Shown here piece after piece: positions 27,215 through 38,313 of a stretch of 64,000 nt of DNA. This DNA is from Bacteroidota bacterium (GTDB lineage Bacteria > Bacteroidota > Rhodothermia > Rhodothermales > Bin80). A program made the translations under genes and the position numbers. Numbering within the stretch: the stretch's first letter is position 1; each line of letters begins with the position of its first letter. The stretch covers positions 518 through 64,517 of the forward strand of contig JAPPNA010000037.1 in NCBI GenBank assembly GCA_028873925.1, given 5' to 3'. The notes beneath the pieces were generated by a model, which was not told where the DNA came from, ran no database searches, and saw only the letters and a list, made by a program, of their open reading frames with translations.

Positions 27215-29473
27215 TCAGCGGTCCGCACCCACATAACGCTCCATGAACTCCCAGATACGCAGCAGCCGGTCCATTCGCTGTTTCGGATTGCCGGACCGGG
27301 ACAGATCATGCCCCGCGTTCGGATAGCGGACATACTCAACGGGCCTGCCCAGTGCCTTCAGGCTTTTGTACAGCACTTCACTCTGAATTACACCTGTCCT
27401 CAGATCATTGTCGGCATGCATGATCAGCAGGGGGGTCTGGATCAGATCCACGAATGTGATCGGTGAATTTGCCCGCAGCAGCGGCCCGCGCTCCCAGGGA
27501 AAGCCCCCGAAATGGTTGGGCACCAGCCGCCAGGCATTCCCTTCGCCAAAGAAGGTCTCCAGATCATATACGCCCCGCTGCGCCACCGCCGCCTTGAAAC
27601 GATGGTCCTGCCCCACGATCCAGGCGGTCAGATACCCGGCGTAGGACCCGCCGGTGACTACCTGCCGATCCGCGTCCACCCATCGCTGCCGCTGTACAAC
27701 CTCACCGGCCGCCGCCAGCACATCACCGGCCGGACCGACCCCCCAATCCTCATAATTGGCCCTGCGCCAAGCTGTCCCGTAGCCACCGGACCCTCGCGGA
27801 TTGCTGTAGACAATGCCGTAGCCCTTGGAGGCAAAAAACTGAAATTCATGCCACATGGTGGCTTCCCCCGGCCCCCACATACTGGCAGGGCCCCCGTGAA
27901 TGGCCACCATCAGCGGATACGTCCGGCCCGGCACCTGGAATGTGGGGCGGATGATCCAGTATGGAATCTCAAGGGTGTCGACCCGCAGCGTGTGCGATGT
28001 CGGAACGCTGACGGCTTTACTGTTAAGCCACGCGGAGTTGTGGGTACTCAGCTGTTGCGGACTTTGAAAGTCCATCGTGGAGCTGTAGAGCTCGTAGGGA
28101 TTGCGCGTGTCGGTAACCACCATGTACGCACTGGCCGATGTGATCTGATAATCGCGGATTCCCTGTTCAACATCGGTCATCTGTCGGACTGGGAAGTCTT
28201 GACGGACCAGTTCTTCGCGGGAGAACACATCCCGGGCGGGTGCCGCCAGGCTGTCGGCAGCCAACGTATCTGCCAATGCGTCCTCTGGACCGGATGGACG
28301 CTGAACCGCTTCGGTTACCTCCACCCTGAACAGCGGAAAGCCCCCTTCGGAAGGTGCCGTGAAATACAAGAACCAGCCATCATGGGACCATTGCACACTG
28401 CTAGCGCTGCGGTCAAAATCCAGGGTAATCATGGCCGGTGCGCTGCGGCCATCCAAGGCAAACAGTCCGATCTCGGTCTGCGCATAGCCGGGGTCCTCAA
28501 GATCACGGGCCAGAAAGGCAATCTGATTACCATCGGTCGACAACACCGGTGAACTCAGCCGATACCCCTCAACGTCCAGCAGCCGCTGCCTCTTGCCATC
28601 CGGCACATCGACCAAAAACAGTTCCCTGTCCTGTATGCGGTCAGGATGCAGCGTGGATTCCGGATATCCGCTGACGATTAACTGTCGGCTGTCGGGCAGC
28701 CAAGTAGCATCGCCATAGCTGTAGTGCCCTCCGGTGACCCTATGTACCTCCGGTCCATCCGGCGCTTCCATGTCAGCCACAAAAAAATGGCGGTACCGGG
28801 GTTCGGGTGCCAGTGCCAGCTCCCCCTGGAGGTTGAGCCTGGTAAACAGGCGCGGATTGGCATCTTCCGCGTTGGCGTGCAGCCAGGCACGCACGGCCTC
28901 CAGTGACCCATCCGGATCCGGATCTGCCCGCGTATGATCGTCCGACCCGCGCCCCGGCCGCTCGTCCGACCAGACAGGCGGCTGTCCGGTCAGCTCCCGC
29001 AATTCCTGGCCGGTCAGAGAAGAGGAGAATAGGATGTAGCGACCATCAGGAGACCAGATCGGCTGTGACGGAGAATGTTCATAGTTCAGAATTTCCCGGG
29101 CCTCTCCACCATAAACTGCGATCTCAAACAGTCGGGCGCTGTCATCCAGGGTGCGCACAAACGTAATGTGCTCTCCATCAGGATTCCAGGTCGGCGAAGT
29201 AGCCCCGCCCTCTCCGTATGTCAGCTGCCAGGGGACCTCCCGGCCCGACACCGGGGCAATCCATATCTGGGAGCGGTATTTGTAGGCCTTATCCGGGTCA
29301 GGCACTATGGACCGTACCGCATACGCCACATAGCGGCCGTCCGGAGACACCGCAATGCTCCCCAGCTGCTTGATCTTCAACAGATCCCCGGCCGTTACCG
29401 GCTCCCGTCCAGACTGGGCGTGCACGGCGGTCACCGACAACAGCACAGCCAGTGAGACTATCAGTCGCTTCAT
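27215..29473 (-). CDS. S9 family serine peptidase (prolyl oligopeptidase/acylaminoacyl-peptidase type) with an N-terminal beta-propeller
   Basis: Signal peptide MKRLIVSLAVLLSVTAVHAQ, using the internal ATG at 29473. TolB/WD40-like repeats (SPDGRY..., WSPDGRYILF). The catalytic serine sits in GGSYAGYL, followed by a downstream D...H (GHDL). Confidence 0.9.
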   Translation of the reverse strand: MKRLIVSLAVLLSVTAVHAQSGREPVTAGDLLKIKQLGSIAVSPDGRYVAYAVRSIVPDPDKAYKYRSQIWIAPVSGREVPWQLTYGEGGATSPTWNPDGEHITFVRTLDDSARLFEIAVYGGEAREILNYEHSPSQPIWSPDGRYILFSSSLTGQELRELTGQPPVWSDERPGRGSDDHTRADPDPDGSLEAVRAWLHANAEDANPRLFTRLNLQGELALAPEPRYRHFFVADMEAPDGPEVHRVTGGHYSYGDATWLPDSRQLIVSGYPESTLHPDRIQDRELFLVDVPDGKRQRLLDVEGYRLSSPVLSTDGNQIAFLARDLEDPGYAQTEIGLFALDGRSAPAMITLDFDRSASSVQWSHDGWFLYFTAPSEGGFPLFRVEVTEAVQRPSGPEDALADTLAADSLAAPARDVFSREELVRQDFPVRQMTDVEQGIRDYQITSASAYMVVTDTRNPYELYSSTMDFQSPQQLSTHNSAWLNSKAVSVPTSHTLRVDTLEIPYWIIRPTFQVPGRTYPLMVAIHGGPASMWGPGEATMWHEFQFFASKGYGIVYSNPRGSGGYGTAWRRANYEDWGVGPAGDVLAAAGEVVQRQRWVDADRQVVTGGSYAGYLTAWIVGQDHRFKAAVAQRGVYDLETFFGEGNAWRLVPNHFGGFPWERGPLLRANSPITFVDLIQTPLLIMHADNDLRTGVIQSEVLYKSLKALGRPVEYVRYPNAGHDLSRSGNPKQRMDRLLRIWEFMERYVGADR

Positions 29474-29489
29474 ATAATTCTCCAGTGAT

Positions 29490-30467
29490 CTACGGCGCAA
29501 AGAGATACTTGGGCAAGTGCATCGTTACCAGCATATGGGGTACATCCACCGTCTCCGCGATGTGTAAATCCGCCGCCAGTGAGCTGAGTACATATGCCTC
29601 CGGCCGGCTCATCGCGCGTTCGGCCACCAAATAGTCCAGCATGTATCGGGTCGCCTTGCGCGCCGCCTCGTCAATGGTCACGCCGAATCCGGTGACCGCG
29701 TAGTACTCAGATGTTTCGTATTGGGGCTCAATGAGGTACGGCTTATCCCTGATTATGTTGACCTCGTAGACTATCCGCATGGGGGCCTCAATCGCCGTGC
29801 CACAGACCTCACCCAGTCCCTGGGCCGCATGCGCATCCCCAATTGAGAACAGTGCGCCGGGAACCAGGACCGGAAAATAGACCGTAGTCCCTGCAACCAA
29901 GTGTGGATCATCCATATTACCTCCATTCCGGCGCGGAGGTATGGTGGACAGCAGTGAATCCGTCGCCGGTGCCACGCCCATCACGCCAGGAAACGGCTCC
30001 AGCTTTATGCGGGCTCCACCAGGGCCGGTGACATAGGTCTGCCCTTTTTCAAAGGAGAACGTCTGCAGGTACGGCTCGGTGAATTCATCCGCCAGGAATC
30101 CGAATCCCGGTGTAATGGCGGTCCAGCCGAACGCGCCGATTTCGATTTCGTGCAGGGTGACAGCCAGCACATCCCCCACTTCCGCGTCTTCCACATACAC
30201 CGGGCCGGTAAGCGGGTGTATGGGCTCAAAATCCAGTGACAGCACATCTTCAGCGGTGGACTCCGGGAAGAATTGCCCATCGGAGGCCTCTTTGGTGTAC
30301 ACCTCAACTACAGCGCCGTCCGGCACCATCAGCACCGGCGGGATACTCGCACTGAACTTATTGTGGGTCTGGTCCTGGTAAAGAAAATACTCCGGTGTCA
30401 CGGAGGCGGACTCCGGCCCGTTGCAGGCCGCCAGCGGTACCAGCAATACAATCAGGAGGCGGCTCAT
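29490..30467 (-). CDS. acetamidase/formamidase family protein (lipoprotein signal)
   Basis: FmdA_AmdA family hallmark RRNGGNMDDPHLVAGTTVYFPV. The N-terminus LLIVLLVPLAACNG is a lipobox. Confidence 0.85.
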   Translation of the reverse strand: MSRLLIVLLVPLAACNGPESASVTPEYFLYQDQTHNKFSASIPPVLMVPDGAVVEVYTKEASDGQFFPESTAEDVLSLDFEPIHPLTGPVYVEDAEVGDVLAVTLHEIEIGAFGWTAITPGFGFLADEFTEPYLQTFSFEKGQTYVTGPGGARIKLEPFPGVMGVAPATDSLLSTIPPRRNGGNMDDPHLVAGTTVYFPVLVPGALFSIGDAHAAQGLGEVCGTAIEAPMRIVYEVNIIRDKPYLIEPQYETSEYYAVTGFGVTIDEAARKATRYMLDYLVAERAMSRPEAYVLSSLAADLHIAETVDVPHMLVTMHLPKYLFAP

Positions 30468-30821
30468 TATGCAATTGTATGTTCCAGACGCTCTAAGTTA
30501 GGCAGCTGCGGGCAATTGTTTTGCGGTTGCCCGGCCTGCCGCGGAGGGCAGCAGGGCAATGCACAACGGTATGGGATGTTACGCCTTCAGTTTCCGAAGA
30601 GAACCCAGCCACGGGCCCAAACGTGGTGTTAGCAGTAAGCGGGCATGCCGGATTGCCTGGCGTGCGCCGATGGCGAAACAGGTCCGCCATTACGGAATGG
30701 GCACCGGTGCAAGCCAATCGGACCGCGGGGACCCATTGCGGCAGGGACAGATTTGGCGCGACCAGTCTTCTGCAAGTGTACCGCGCAATCCCGGCTTGAG
30801 CAGCGGAATCACGCTCGCCGG

Positions 30822-31745
30822 TCAGCTTTCGCCGGCCGGCGCACTTTCAACCGCAGTATCCTCGGCTCGGAGGGCCAGCAATCTGTCACGCAAAACCACC
30901 GAGAGCACGGTGTGGACTTTCGCGACCTCAATGCCCTTGTTGTAGGCCACTTCTTTCATCCTGTCTGCCGTAGCCTCGATATTCATCTGATCTTGAACAA
31001 ATTGGACGCACTGCTCATAGAGCTTCCATTCCGGCATGCCCTCGGTTGATAATCTCAACTGTTCCGCTGCCGTAATCGCCCATGTGGGAGCGTCAAATTC
31101 CTGCGCTATAGATTCTCCATACTCCGTGAGTTTTACCGGACTTTCGGTCATCGTGACCGGTAAACTCAGATTCTGCATCACAGCATACAGGTTGGTTCTG
31201 ATGCCCTGATTATCCCCGCGGACCTCACTAATCTCCATGCGGACCTCACTCATCTCCGTGCGGATCTCCGTGCGGACCTCACTAATCTCCATGCGGACCG
31301 CACTCATCTCCGTGCGGATCTCCGTGCGGACCTCACTCATCTCCGTGCGAATCTCCGTCAACTCCGTGCGGAATTCCCGCATCTCCGTGCGAAACTCCCG
31401 CATCTCCGTGCGAAACTCTGTGGCCAATTCCTTCATCTCCGTGCGGAACTCTGTGGCCAAATCATTCATTTCCGTGCGAACATCCCTTAAATCCGCGCGG
31501 AACTCCCGCATCTCCGTGCGGAACTCCCGCATCTCCGTGCGAAACTCTGTGGCCAAATCCTTCATGTCGGATCGAAGCTCAACGGTAACATCCTTGAGCG
31601 TCTCAATGCTCGTGTTTACACTCCCTGCCCATCTCGCAAACTTTACGATCAGAACAACCAGAGTGATTACAACGGCTGCACTGATGGGAACAAGCCAGGC
31701 ATCCATCATATTTTCCGTAAAGTCCCGGCGATTCCGTGCATGCAA
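30822..31745 (-). CDS. membrane-anchored heptad-repeat (EFRTEM-type) coiled-coil protein with a C-terminal globular domain of unknown function
   Basis: A TM helix (WLVPISAAVVITLVVLIVKF) is followed by about 120 aa of repeats: ...ATEFRTEMREFRTEMREFRADLRDVRTEM...SEVRTEIRTEMSAVRMEISEVRTEIRTEMSEVRMEISEVR. A non-repetitive tail of about 130 aa follows. No family was recognised. An alternative start lies at 31709. Confidence 0.6.
   Translation of the reverse strand: MHARNRRDFTENMMDAWLVPISAAVVITLVVLIVKFARWAGSVNTSIETLKDVTVELRSDMKDLATEFRTEMREFRTEMREFRADLRDVRTEMNDLATEFRTEMKELATEFRTEMREFRTEMREFRTELTEIRTEMSEVRTEIRTEMSAVRMEISEVRTEIRTEMSEVRMEISEVRGDNQGIRTNLYAVMQNLSLPVTMTESPVKLTEYGESIAQEFDAPTWAITAAEQLRLSTEGMPEWKLYEQCVQFVQDQMNIEATADRMKEVAYNKGIEVAKVHTVLSVVLRDRLLALRAEDTAVESAPAGES
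31218..31575. repeat. intragenic degenerate tandem repeats (core CATCTCCGTGCG, spacings of 12, 21 and 33 bp) encoding the heptad repeats
   Basis: Read directly on the + strand. The motif catctccgtgcg(g/a)a recurs more than 10 times with 21-bp periodicity predominating. Confidence 0.85.
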
Positions 31746-32272
31746 TTCGGTCTAAGCACACTGACCACGAGGCCTTGCCGACTGCCCTTCCGGAAACAAA
31801 GTCGCGGCTTCCTGGTTACCCAAACATACGCAAGCTTTAATGCGCACGCAACCGCTCGGTTTCAACTGACAGACGCGTTCCGCTACAACTATTCGGACTC
31901 ATTTCATCGAGCATTGCGGACTGCTCAGCCGAACATTAGATTCACTGCTGACCTGACTCACCGATCTGGATAAAGATCCGGCAATGCCTTGAACCTGGCC
32001 ATCTGCAGCTCTGCGGGTTCGCTGTCCGCAATGCTGTAGGCCAGCTCCTACGGCTGCTGCCCGGACTGGAGCTGATGTTAACTCCGGCTGTCCCGAATGC
32101 CGAGCGTGGCGCTCGCCTCAGTCGTGTACGCCTCCCCCACCTTTCAGGACATTCGCCTCACCCATGGCCCACCGTAATGCTCGGCTGGAACAGAGCGTCC
32201 CGGCATCGGGACCGGGCATCCCTGAAACGTATTTTGCTATTATTAGGCTGCCGTGAACATGCTGAATGAACC

Positions 32273-32782
32273 ATGACTGACAATCCCCTTGATGTGCGGA
32301 ATCTCGCCTTTGGCGATATGGACCACGAAATCTCCGCCACCCGGCGCCTGCTGGAGCGAGTCCCCGAAGAACACTTCAACTGGAAACCGCATGCCAAATC
32401 CTGGTCCCTTCGGGAACTCGCCTGTCACATTGTGGATCTCTTCGGGTGGCACAAAGCCACGCTTAACCAGGATATGGTGGATACGTCCAAGCCTTGGCCC
32501 AAGACGCAGGCCTCCACCCAAAAGGAGCTCATGGAGGCCTTTGAGACCCGTCTGGGCGAGCTTAACGAGTCCATCGCAAACACCTCCGACGATACATTGG
32601 CCGCGGAATGGACCCTCAGGCACGGCGATGTCGTGTTCCTGCGCATGCCTCGTGCCCGTGCACAGCGCATCTACTGTATCAGCCATCTGGCCCACCACCG
32701 CGGGCAGCTGACCGTCTATCTGCGCATGCTGGATGTGCCGCTTCCGCCCAGCTACGGCCCGACAGCGGATGAGCAGGGTTAA
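32273..32782 (+). CDS. DinB-family (DinB_2) four-helix-bundle metalloprotein
   Basis: 169 aa with the conserved His triad context (ELACHIVD, ISHLAHHRGQLTVYLR). Confidence 0.85.
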   Translation: MTDNPLDVRNLAFGDMDHEISATRRLLERVPEEHFNWKPHAKSWSLRELACHIVDLFGWHKATLNQDMVDTSKPWPKTQASTQKELMEAFETRLGELNESIANTSDDTLAAEWTLRHGDVVFLRMPRARAQRIYCISHLAHHRGQLTVYLRMLDVPLPPSYGPTADEQG

Positions 32783-33954
32783 TGCGCCTGACCGGGCGCG
32801 TACCGGCGGTAGGGTGATCTCAGATACTCTCCGGCCCGCTCGTGCAGATGGCCCCGGTCCGGCATCCTGAGTACCTCCTCATAACGCGACACCGCCCGCT
32901 CCCTCCGGCCCAGTACATCGTGGGCCATTCCCTGCAGAAGACACCCGGCAGCCTTGAAATAGGAGTCGATCCCGGACCCGGCCATGAGTGCCTCCAGAGA
33001 AAGCAGATAAGACAGCGCCTCGGTCGGCTCACCCGCTTCCATGCGGGCGCGGGCCAGATAATACAACGCCTGTTCCGCCATGGACGCATTATAGCCCGGT
33101 AGGCGGTCGGTAAAGCGGTCCAGAACCGCGGTGAATACCTGCACCACGGATGGCCAGACACCCCAACTGACGTAAATACGGCCTTCCAGCGTATGGAAGA
33201 ACGGATTGTCCGGGTGTCTGGAGCGCAATTCGGTGACAAAATCCACACTCGCCGTAAAGTCCCGCTCGTAGAGATAATTGATCTGCACCAGAAAGTACAG
33301 AGCCTCTGTCCGCATGAAGTAGCCCTGACTTGCCGTACGCTGCAATTCGGCCAGTCCGCGTGCGCGATCACCGGGCGGCAGAAACGTCGTGATCGCCCGG
33401 GCAAAAGAGTAACGCGCCGGGATCAGTGCCGCATAATAGTCATACAGTCCCCGCCCGAATACATAGTCATGGTTGGTTGTATCGCTGTCAGCCACTTCCA
33501 GCACATACTTCATGGCACGGTGTCCGTCAGCGGCAGCCCGGATCCAATCGCGTCGGTTTGAGCGCAGCCGACCCCGGAATCCCAAGGCCATTCCCTTGAA
33601 GAACATCGCATCAAAGTTATGCGGCTGCCGATCCAGCACCTCATCACTGCGCCGGATAACCTCCGTCATGACCCTGTAAAAAGCCTCGTCATTGGAGGTG
33701 TCCGACAGATTCAGCAGAATCTCCCACCATAACGAAAGCCCCTCCAGGAACGGGCCGATCGGATGGTCCGGGAACAGCCCGGCCACTTCGTTGAATTGCG
33801 CTCGGGAGCGTGCAAACTCCATATCGTACAAAGCCTCCAGCCCCGCCATCACTTCCGTGCGGACTATCGCACGGTCCAGAATACCTGACTGCGCCGCAGC
33901 GGAATAAACAGGCAGCACCAGGACCAGGACAGCCGACAGCCGGTGCCACGACAT
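32779..33954 (-). CDS. secreted TPR-like repeat protein, function unknown
   Basis: Signal peptide (LSAVLVLVLPVYSAAAQ) and a helical repeat composition with TPR-like A/Y/L spacing near the C-terminus. No catalytic motif. Confidence 0.55.
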   Translation of the reverse strand: MSWHRLSAVLVLVLPVYSAAAQSGILDRAIVRTEVMAGLEALYDMEFARSRAQFNEVAGLFPDHPIGPFLEGLSLWWEILLNLSDTSNDEAFYRVMTEVIRRSDEVLDRQPHNFDAMFFKGMALGFRGRLRSNRRDWIRAAADGHRAMKYVLEVADSDTTNHDYVFGRGLYDYYAALIPARYSFARAITTFLPPGDRARGLAELQRTASQGYFMRTEALYFLVQINYLYERDFTASVDFVTELRSRHPDNPFFHTLEGRIYVSWGVWPSVVQVFTAVLDRFTDRLPGYNASMAEQALYYLARARMEAGEPTEALSYLLSLEALMAGSGIDSYFKAAGCLLQGMAHDVLGRRERAVSRYEEVLRMPDRGHLHERAGEYLRSPYRRYAPGQAH

Positions 33955-33968
33955 CCCAGGTACGCTCC

Positions 33969-34535
33969 TTACAGGAATCGGCGCAATGCGGCATAGCCGC
34001 CCGAAGCCAGCAGTACCTTGATCGCGTCAAAGCCCACAAAGCGCAGCCAGCCCGCATCCAGCGATTGCCACCAGGTGGCATGACCGGCGGCGTAATGAAG
34101 CCATATGACACCGCAGGTGAACAGAACCAGGGAACCGGCGAAAGTGGACAGGATACTGCCGACATAGGAGGTCCACCGGCCCGAAAGGTAACCGATCACC
34201 AGGGCAGCCAGCGGCATACCCAGCAGATACCCCCCGCTGACCGCACCCATCACGTAAGCCAGCCCGTGCCCCTGCCCGGCAAACACCGGCAGAAAAAGCC
34301 CCAGCCCCAGGTAGAGCAGCATGGATAGGCACGCATTGCGCGTGCCCAGAAACAACCCGCTTCCGTAGACAAACACCGTCTGCAGCGTCAGCGGCACTTC
34401 CCATAGATACAGGTGTATTTTTGCGCCCGCTGCAGTAGCGATGGCAAACAGGCAGATGGCGACAATCTGCACCAGAGCACGGGCCCGGTCGGGACGCAGG
34501 GCATCCACCCGGTATGCACGGTCAAGGGTCAGCAT
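33969..34535 (-). CDS. bioY: biotin transporter S-component BioY
   Basis: 188-aa polytopic protein with BioY-like segments PLTLQTVFVYGSGLFLG and GGYLLGMPLAALVIGYL. Confidence 0.85.
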   Translation of the reverse strand: MLTLDRAYRVDALRPDRARALVQIVAICLFAIATAAGAKIHLYLWEVPLTLQTVFVYGSGLFLGTRNACLSMLLYLGLGLFLPVFAGQGHGLAYVMGAVSGGYLLGMPLAALVIGYLSGRWTSYVGSILSTFAGSLVLFTCGVIWLHYAAGHATWWQSLDAGWLRFVGFDAIKVLLASGGYAALRRFL

Positions 34536-34541
34536 TTGGAG

Positions 34542-37500
34542 TCAGTCAGGTTCGTAATTGAGGCGGGATCCAAGCCAGTATTCGCAGGTCTGCACACTGC
34601 AGCCCTTCCGTGCGGCGTAATCCTGCACTTGGTCGTGCCCGATAAGTCCCAGATCAAAATACGACGCTTCAGGATGTGCAATGTACAGGCCGCACACGGA
34701 GGCCGCCGGAACCATCGCCAGATTCTCCGTCAGGCGGATGCCAGCGGTTTCCTCCACCTCCATCAGATCCCACAACGTCCGTTTCTCGGTGTGGTCGGGA
34801 CAGGCCGGATAGCCGGGTGCGGGCCGGATACCGGTATAACGCTCAGCAATCAGGTCCAGGCTTGTCAGGTTCTCCTGCGGCGCATAGCCCCACAGTCGGG
34901 TCCGCACATGCCGGTGCATCCATTCGGCAAACGCCTCCACCAACCGGTCCGCCAGCGCACTCGTCATAATGGCTTGATAATCATCCTGGGCGGCCCGGAA
35001 TGCCGCTGTGATCCCACCGGTGTCCACCGTTACGGCAAAAGCCCCCACATAGTCGCCCTCACGGGCAATGTAGTCTGCCAGCGCCCGATTGGGCCGCCCC
35101 CGGGTCTTCACCGCCTGCTGCCGAAGTGTGTGCAGCATCGCCAGGGGTCGGGCGCGTGACTCGTCGGCAAACACCGTAATATCGTCTCCATCCCGCGCCG
35201 CTGGCCACAAGCCGCATACCCCCCGGGCCGTGCAGGAATCTTCCTGCTCAAGCCGATCCAGGAGATCGTTGGCATCCTCATACAACTGACGGGCCTGCGC
35301 ACCCTTAACGGGATCATCAAAGATGGCGGGCACACGCCCCTTGAGCTCCCAAGCGATATAGAACGGACCCCAGTCGATGTAGCCTCGCAGCCGGCCGATC
35401 GGAAAATCCGGGAACAGATGTCGCCCGGGACGAGCCGGACGCTGCCTCGGAGAAGCCCGCGGTACGCGGTGCGCATTGGCACGCGCCTGCTCAATGGACA
35501 GATAAGCCTTGCGCCTGCGGGCGCGACGATAACGCGCACGCAGCTTTTCCTGCAGATCATGTGTCTCGGCCAGCAGGTGACTGCGCTGGCTGCCGGAGAA
35601 CAGGCGACCCACCACCGCGGCACATCGTGAGGCATCCAGTACATGGAGTACGGGGGCCTCATACTCGGGTGCGATTCTGACTGCCGTGTGCAGGGCACTG
35701 GTAGTAGCACCTCCGATGAGCAGAGGCAGCGTCAGTTGTTTGCGCTGCATTTCGCGGGCCACATGCACCATTTCATCCAGCGAGGGCGTAATCAGTCCAC
35801 TGAGCCCGACCAGATCCGCATCCCGGCGGTGCGCTTCCCGGAGGATGGTTTCCGGCGGGACCATCACACCCAGATCAATAATCTCATACCCGTTGCACTG
35901 AAGGACAATCCCGACAATATTCTTCCCGATATCGTGCACATCTCCCTTGACGGTGGCCAGCAGCACACGTTTCTTGGCTGCCGACCCACTCAGGGATTTC
36001 TCCTCGGCCAGGATGTGCGGCATCAGCAGCGCAACCGCTTTTTTCATCACACGAGCGCTCTTGACCACCTGGGGCAGAAACATTTTACCCGCCCCGAACA
36101 GATCCCCCACCGTCCCCATCCCGTCCATCAGCGGACCTTCTATGATATGCAGCGGTGAGGGGTATTGCTGCCTGGCCTCCGTTATGTCGTGCTCAATGTG
36201 GGTGGTAATTCCCTGGACCAGCGCCCTCGCCAGGCGCTCATCAACCGGGCCACCCCAAGGTGCGGGAGCCGGCGGCCCGCCGGCTTCACGCCCGGACCGC
36301 ATAGCCTCGGCATAGCCGGTCAGGCGTACGGTAGCCTCCGGATCACGGTTAAGCAGCACATCCTCAACGCAGGTAAGCAGGTCGGCATCAACGGCCTCAT
36401 ACACTTCAATCTGCCCGGCATTTACAATGCCCATATCCAGGCCCGCCCGGATCGCGTGATACAAAAAGGCCGTATGCATCGCTTCCCGCACCACATTGTT
36501 GCCCCGAAACGAAAACGAAACGTTGCTCACGCCGCCGGACACGCGTGCGCCCGGCAGGTTGGCCTTGATCCATCTGACGGTTGTCATAAAGTCCACCGCA
36601 TAGGAGTCATGCTCGGCAATGCCGGTGGCTACCGCAAAAATATTCGGATCAAAGATAATGTCCTCCGCCGGGAACCCCACCTGCTGCGTCAGAATCCCGT
36701 AGGCGCGCGCACATACCTGCGTACGCCGCTCAACGGTGTCAGCCTGCCCCTGCTCGTCAAACGCCATGACAATTACCGCGGCACCGAACAGGCGGGCTTC
36801 ACGCGCCTGCTCCACAAACACCTGCTCCCCCTCCTTCAGCGAAATTGAGTTGATGACCGCCTTGCCTTGGACACACTGCAGGCCCCGTCGGATCACCGAC
36901 CACTTGGAAGAGTCAATCACGATCGGCACGCGCGCAATCGCCGGCTCCGAAGCGATCAGATTCAGGAAACGCTCCATGGCGGTCTCGGCATCCAGCATGG
37001 CATCGTCCATGTTGATGTCAATCATCTGTGCACCGTTTTCCACCTGGCTCTGCGCGACCTCCAGCGCGGTCTCGTATTTTTCCTCCCGAATCAGACGGGC
37101 GAACCGGCGGGATCCAGACACATTGGTGCGCTCTCCGATGTTGACAAAATTCAGCTCTTCACGAAACACCAGCGGCTCAAGCCCCGCGAGCCTGAGGGTA
37201 GGGTCGAACACCGGCATGCGGCGCGGCGGAATGTCCTGCACTGCGGCCCGAATGGCCCGTATATGGTCCGGCGTGGTCCCGCAACAGCCGCCTGCGATAT
37301 TCAGCAGTCCCTCCTCGGCGTAGGCAGCCAGCTTTGCGGCCATGAATCCGGGGGTCTCATCATAGCCTCCGAAGGCATTTGGCAGACCGGCATTGGGGTG
37401 TATGCTCACCGGCACTGACGCGCACCGGGCCAGATCTGTAATGAACGGTCGCATGTGATCTGACCCCAGTGCACAGTTCAACCCCACCGATACCAGACCG

Positions 37501-38198
37501 GGCGTATGCGCAATCGAAATCCAAAAAGCTTCAATGGTCTGTCCGCTCAGGGTGCGCCCGCTCAGATCGGCAGCGGTGCCGCTGATCATCACGGGTACCG
37601 ATTCGCCCCGCCGCGCAGCCTCCTCAATAACCGCGCATATGGCGGCCTTAGCATTCAATGTGTCAAATACCGTCTCAATCAGCAGCAGGTCAGCCCCACC
37701 ATCCAGAAGGCCGCGCACCTGCTCTTTATAAGCGTCCGCGGCTTCGGTGAAGGTCATGCCCCGGGCGGCGGCATCCCCGGCCACCGGTGAAATGGAAAGC
37801 GTCCTGTTCATGGGCCCCATCACCCCCGCCACGAAGCACCTGCGGCCGGTCACAGCATCTACGGCGGCCCGCGCCAGCTCCGCCGCGACCACATTCATCC
37901 GATAGACGAGATGGTCCGTGCTGTAGTCGGCCTGGGCAATGCCGGTGGCGGTAAAAGTGTTGGTGCTGATAATATCCGAGCCGGCCGCCAGAAAGGTTTC
38001 ATGAATCTTTCGCACCAGTTGCGGCCTTGACAGCGAAAGCAGATCCAGGTTTCCCTTCAGCGGCCGCCCGACTCCGCGGGTCTCCTCACAGTGATAATCA
38101 GCCTCCTCCAGATTATGGGCCTGTATCGTAGTGCCCATGGCTCCGTCAAGAAGCACAATCCGGTCGCGCAGCAGCACCTGCAGATCAGCTGTGACCAT
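34542..38198 (-). CDS. metH: cobalamin-dependent methionine synthase
   Basis: 1218 aa containing all modules. These are the Hcy-binding module ([11 protein letters not shown]), the pterin-binding module, the B12-binding module ([11 protein letters not shown]) and the AdoMet activation domain ([12 protein letters not shown]). Confidence 0.97.
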   Translation of the reverse strand: MVTADLQVLLRDRIVLLDGAMGTTIQAHNLEEADYHCEETRGVGRPLKGNLDLLSLSRPQLVRKIHETFLAAGSDIISTNTFTATGIAQADYSTDHLVYRMNVVAAELARAAVDAVTGRRCFVAGVMGPMNRTLSISPVAGDAAARGMTFTEAADAYKEQVRGLLDGGADLLLIETVFDTLNAKAAICAVIEEAARRGESVPVMISGTAADLSGRTLSGQTIEAFWISIAHTPGLVSVGLNCALGSDHMRPFITDLARCASVPVSIHPNAGLPNAFGGYDETPGFMAAKLAAYAEEGLLNIAGGCCGTTPDHIRAIRAAVQDIPPRRMPVFDPTLRLAGLEPLVFREELNFVNIGERTNVSGSRRFARLIREEKYETALEVAQSQVENGAQMIDINMDDAMLDAETAMERFLNLIASEPAIARVPIVIDSSKWSVIRRGLQCVQGKAVINSISLKEGEQVFVEQAREARLFGAAVIVMAFDEQGQADTVERRTQVCARAYGILTQQVGFPAEDIIFDPNIFAVATGIAEHDSYAVDFMTTVRWIKANLPGARVSGGVSNVSFSFRGNNVVREAMHTAFLYHAIRAGLDMGIVNAGQIEVYEAVDADLLTCVEDVLLNRDPEATVRLTGYAEAMRSGREAGGPPAPAPWGGPVDERLARALVQGITTHIEHDITEARQQYPSPLHIIEGPLMDGMGTVGDLFGAGKMFLPQVVKSARVMKKAVALLMPHILAEEKSLSGSAAKKRVLLATVKGDVHDIGKNIVGIVLQCNGYEIIDLGVMVPPETILREAHRRDADLVGLSGLITPSLDEMVHVAREMQRKQLTLPLLIGGATTSALHTAVRIAPEYEAPVLHVLDASRCAAVVGRLFSGSQRSHLLAETHDLQEKLRARYRRARRRKAYLSIEQARANAHRVPRASPRQRPARPGRHLFPDFPIGRLRGYIDWGPFYIAWELKGRVPAIFDDPVKGAQARQLYEDANDLLDRLEQEDSCTARGVCGLWPAARDGDDITVFADESRARPLAMLHTLRQQAVKTRGRPNRALADYIAREGDYVGAFAVTVDTGGITAAFRAAQDDYQAIMTSALADRLVEAFAEWMHRHVRTRLWGYAPQENLTSLDLIAERYTGIRPAPGYPACPDHTEKRTLWDLMEVEETAGIRLTENLAMVPAASVCGLYIAHPEASYFDLGLIGHDQVQDYAARKGCSVQTCEYWLGSRLNYEPD

Positions 38199-38313
38199 GG
38201 GGAGTGTTGACTGAACACCCTGATTTTAACGCATTCAATCGGGGCAGGGTCAGCAGGGCCTGTATCTTTTGGCCCAACATGGGGTAAAACCCAACTGCTA
38301 ACGTCTCAATTGC

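Noticed and set aside
31237-31755. A 172-aa + strand ORF (SVRISVRTSLISVR...) opposite the heptad-repeat gene.
   Set aside because: It is the antisense reading of the same DNA repeat. The minus-strand product has a TM helix and a non-repetitive C-terminal domain, and is the more credible coding frame.
38199-38313. A possible cobalamin or SAM riboswitch upstream of metH.
   Set aside because: Only 115 bp is available, and it is shared with a divergent gene. No B12-box or SAM-I conserved core is visible.
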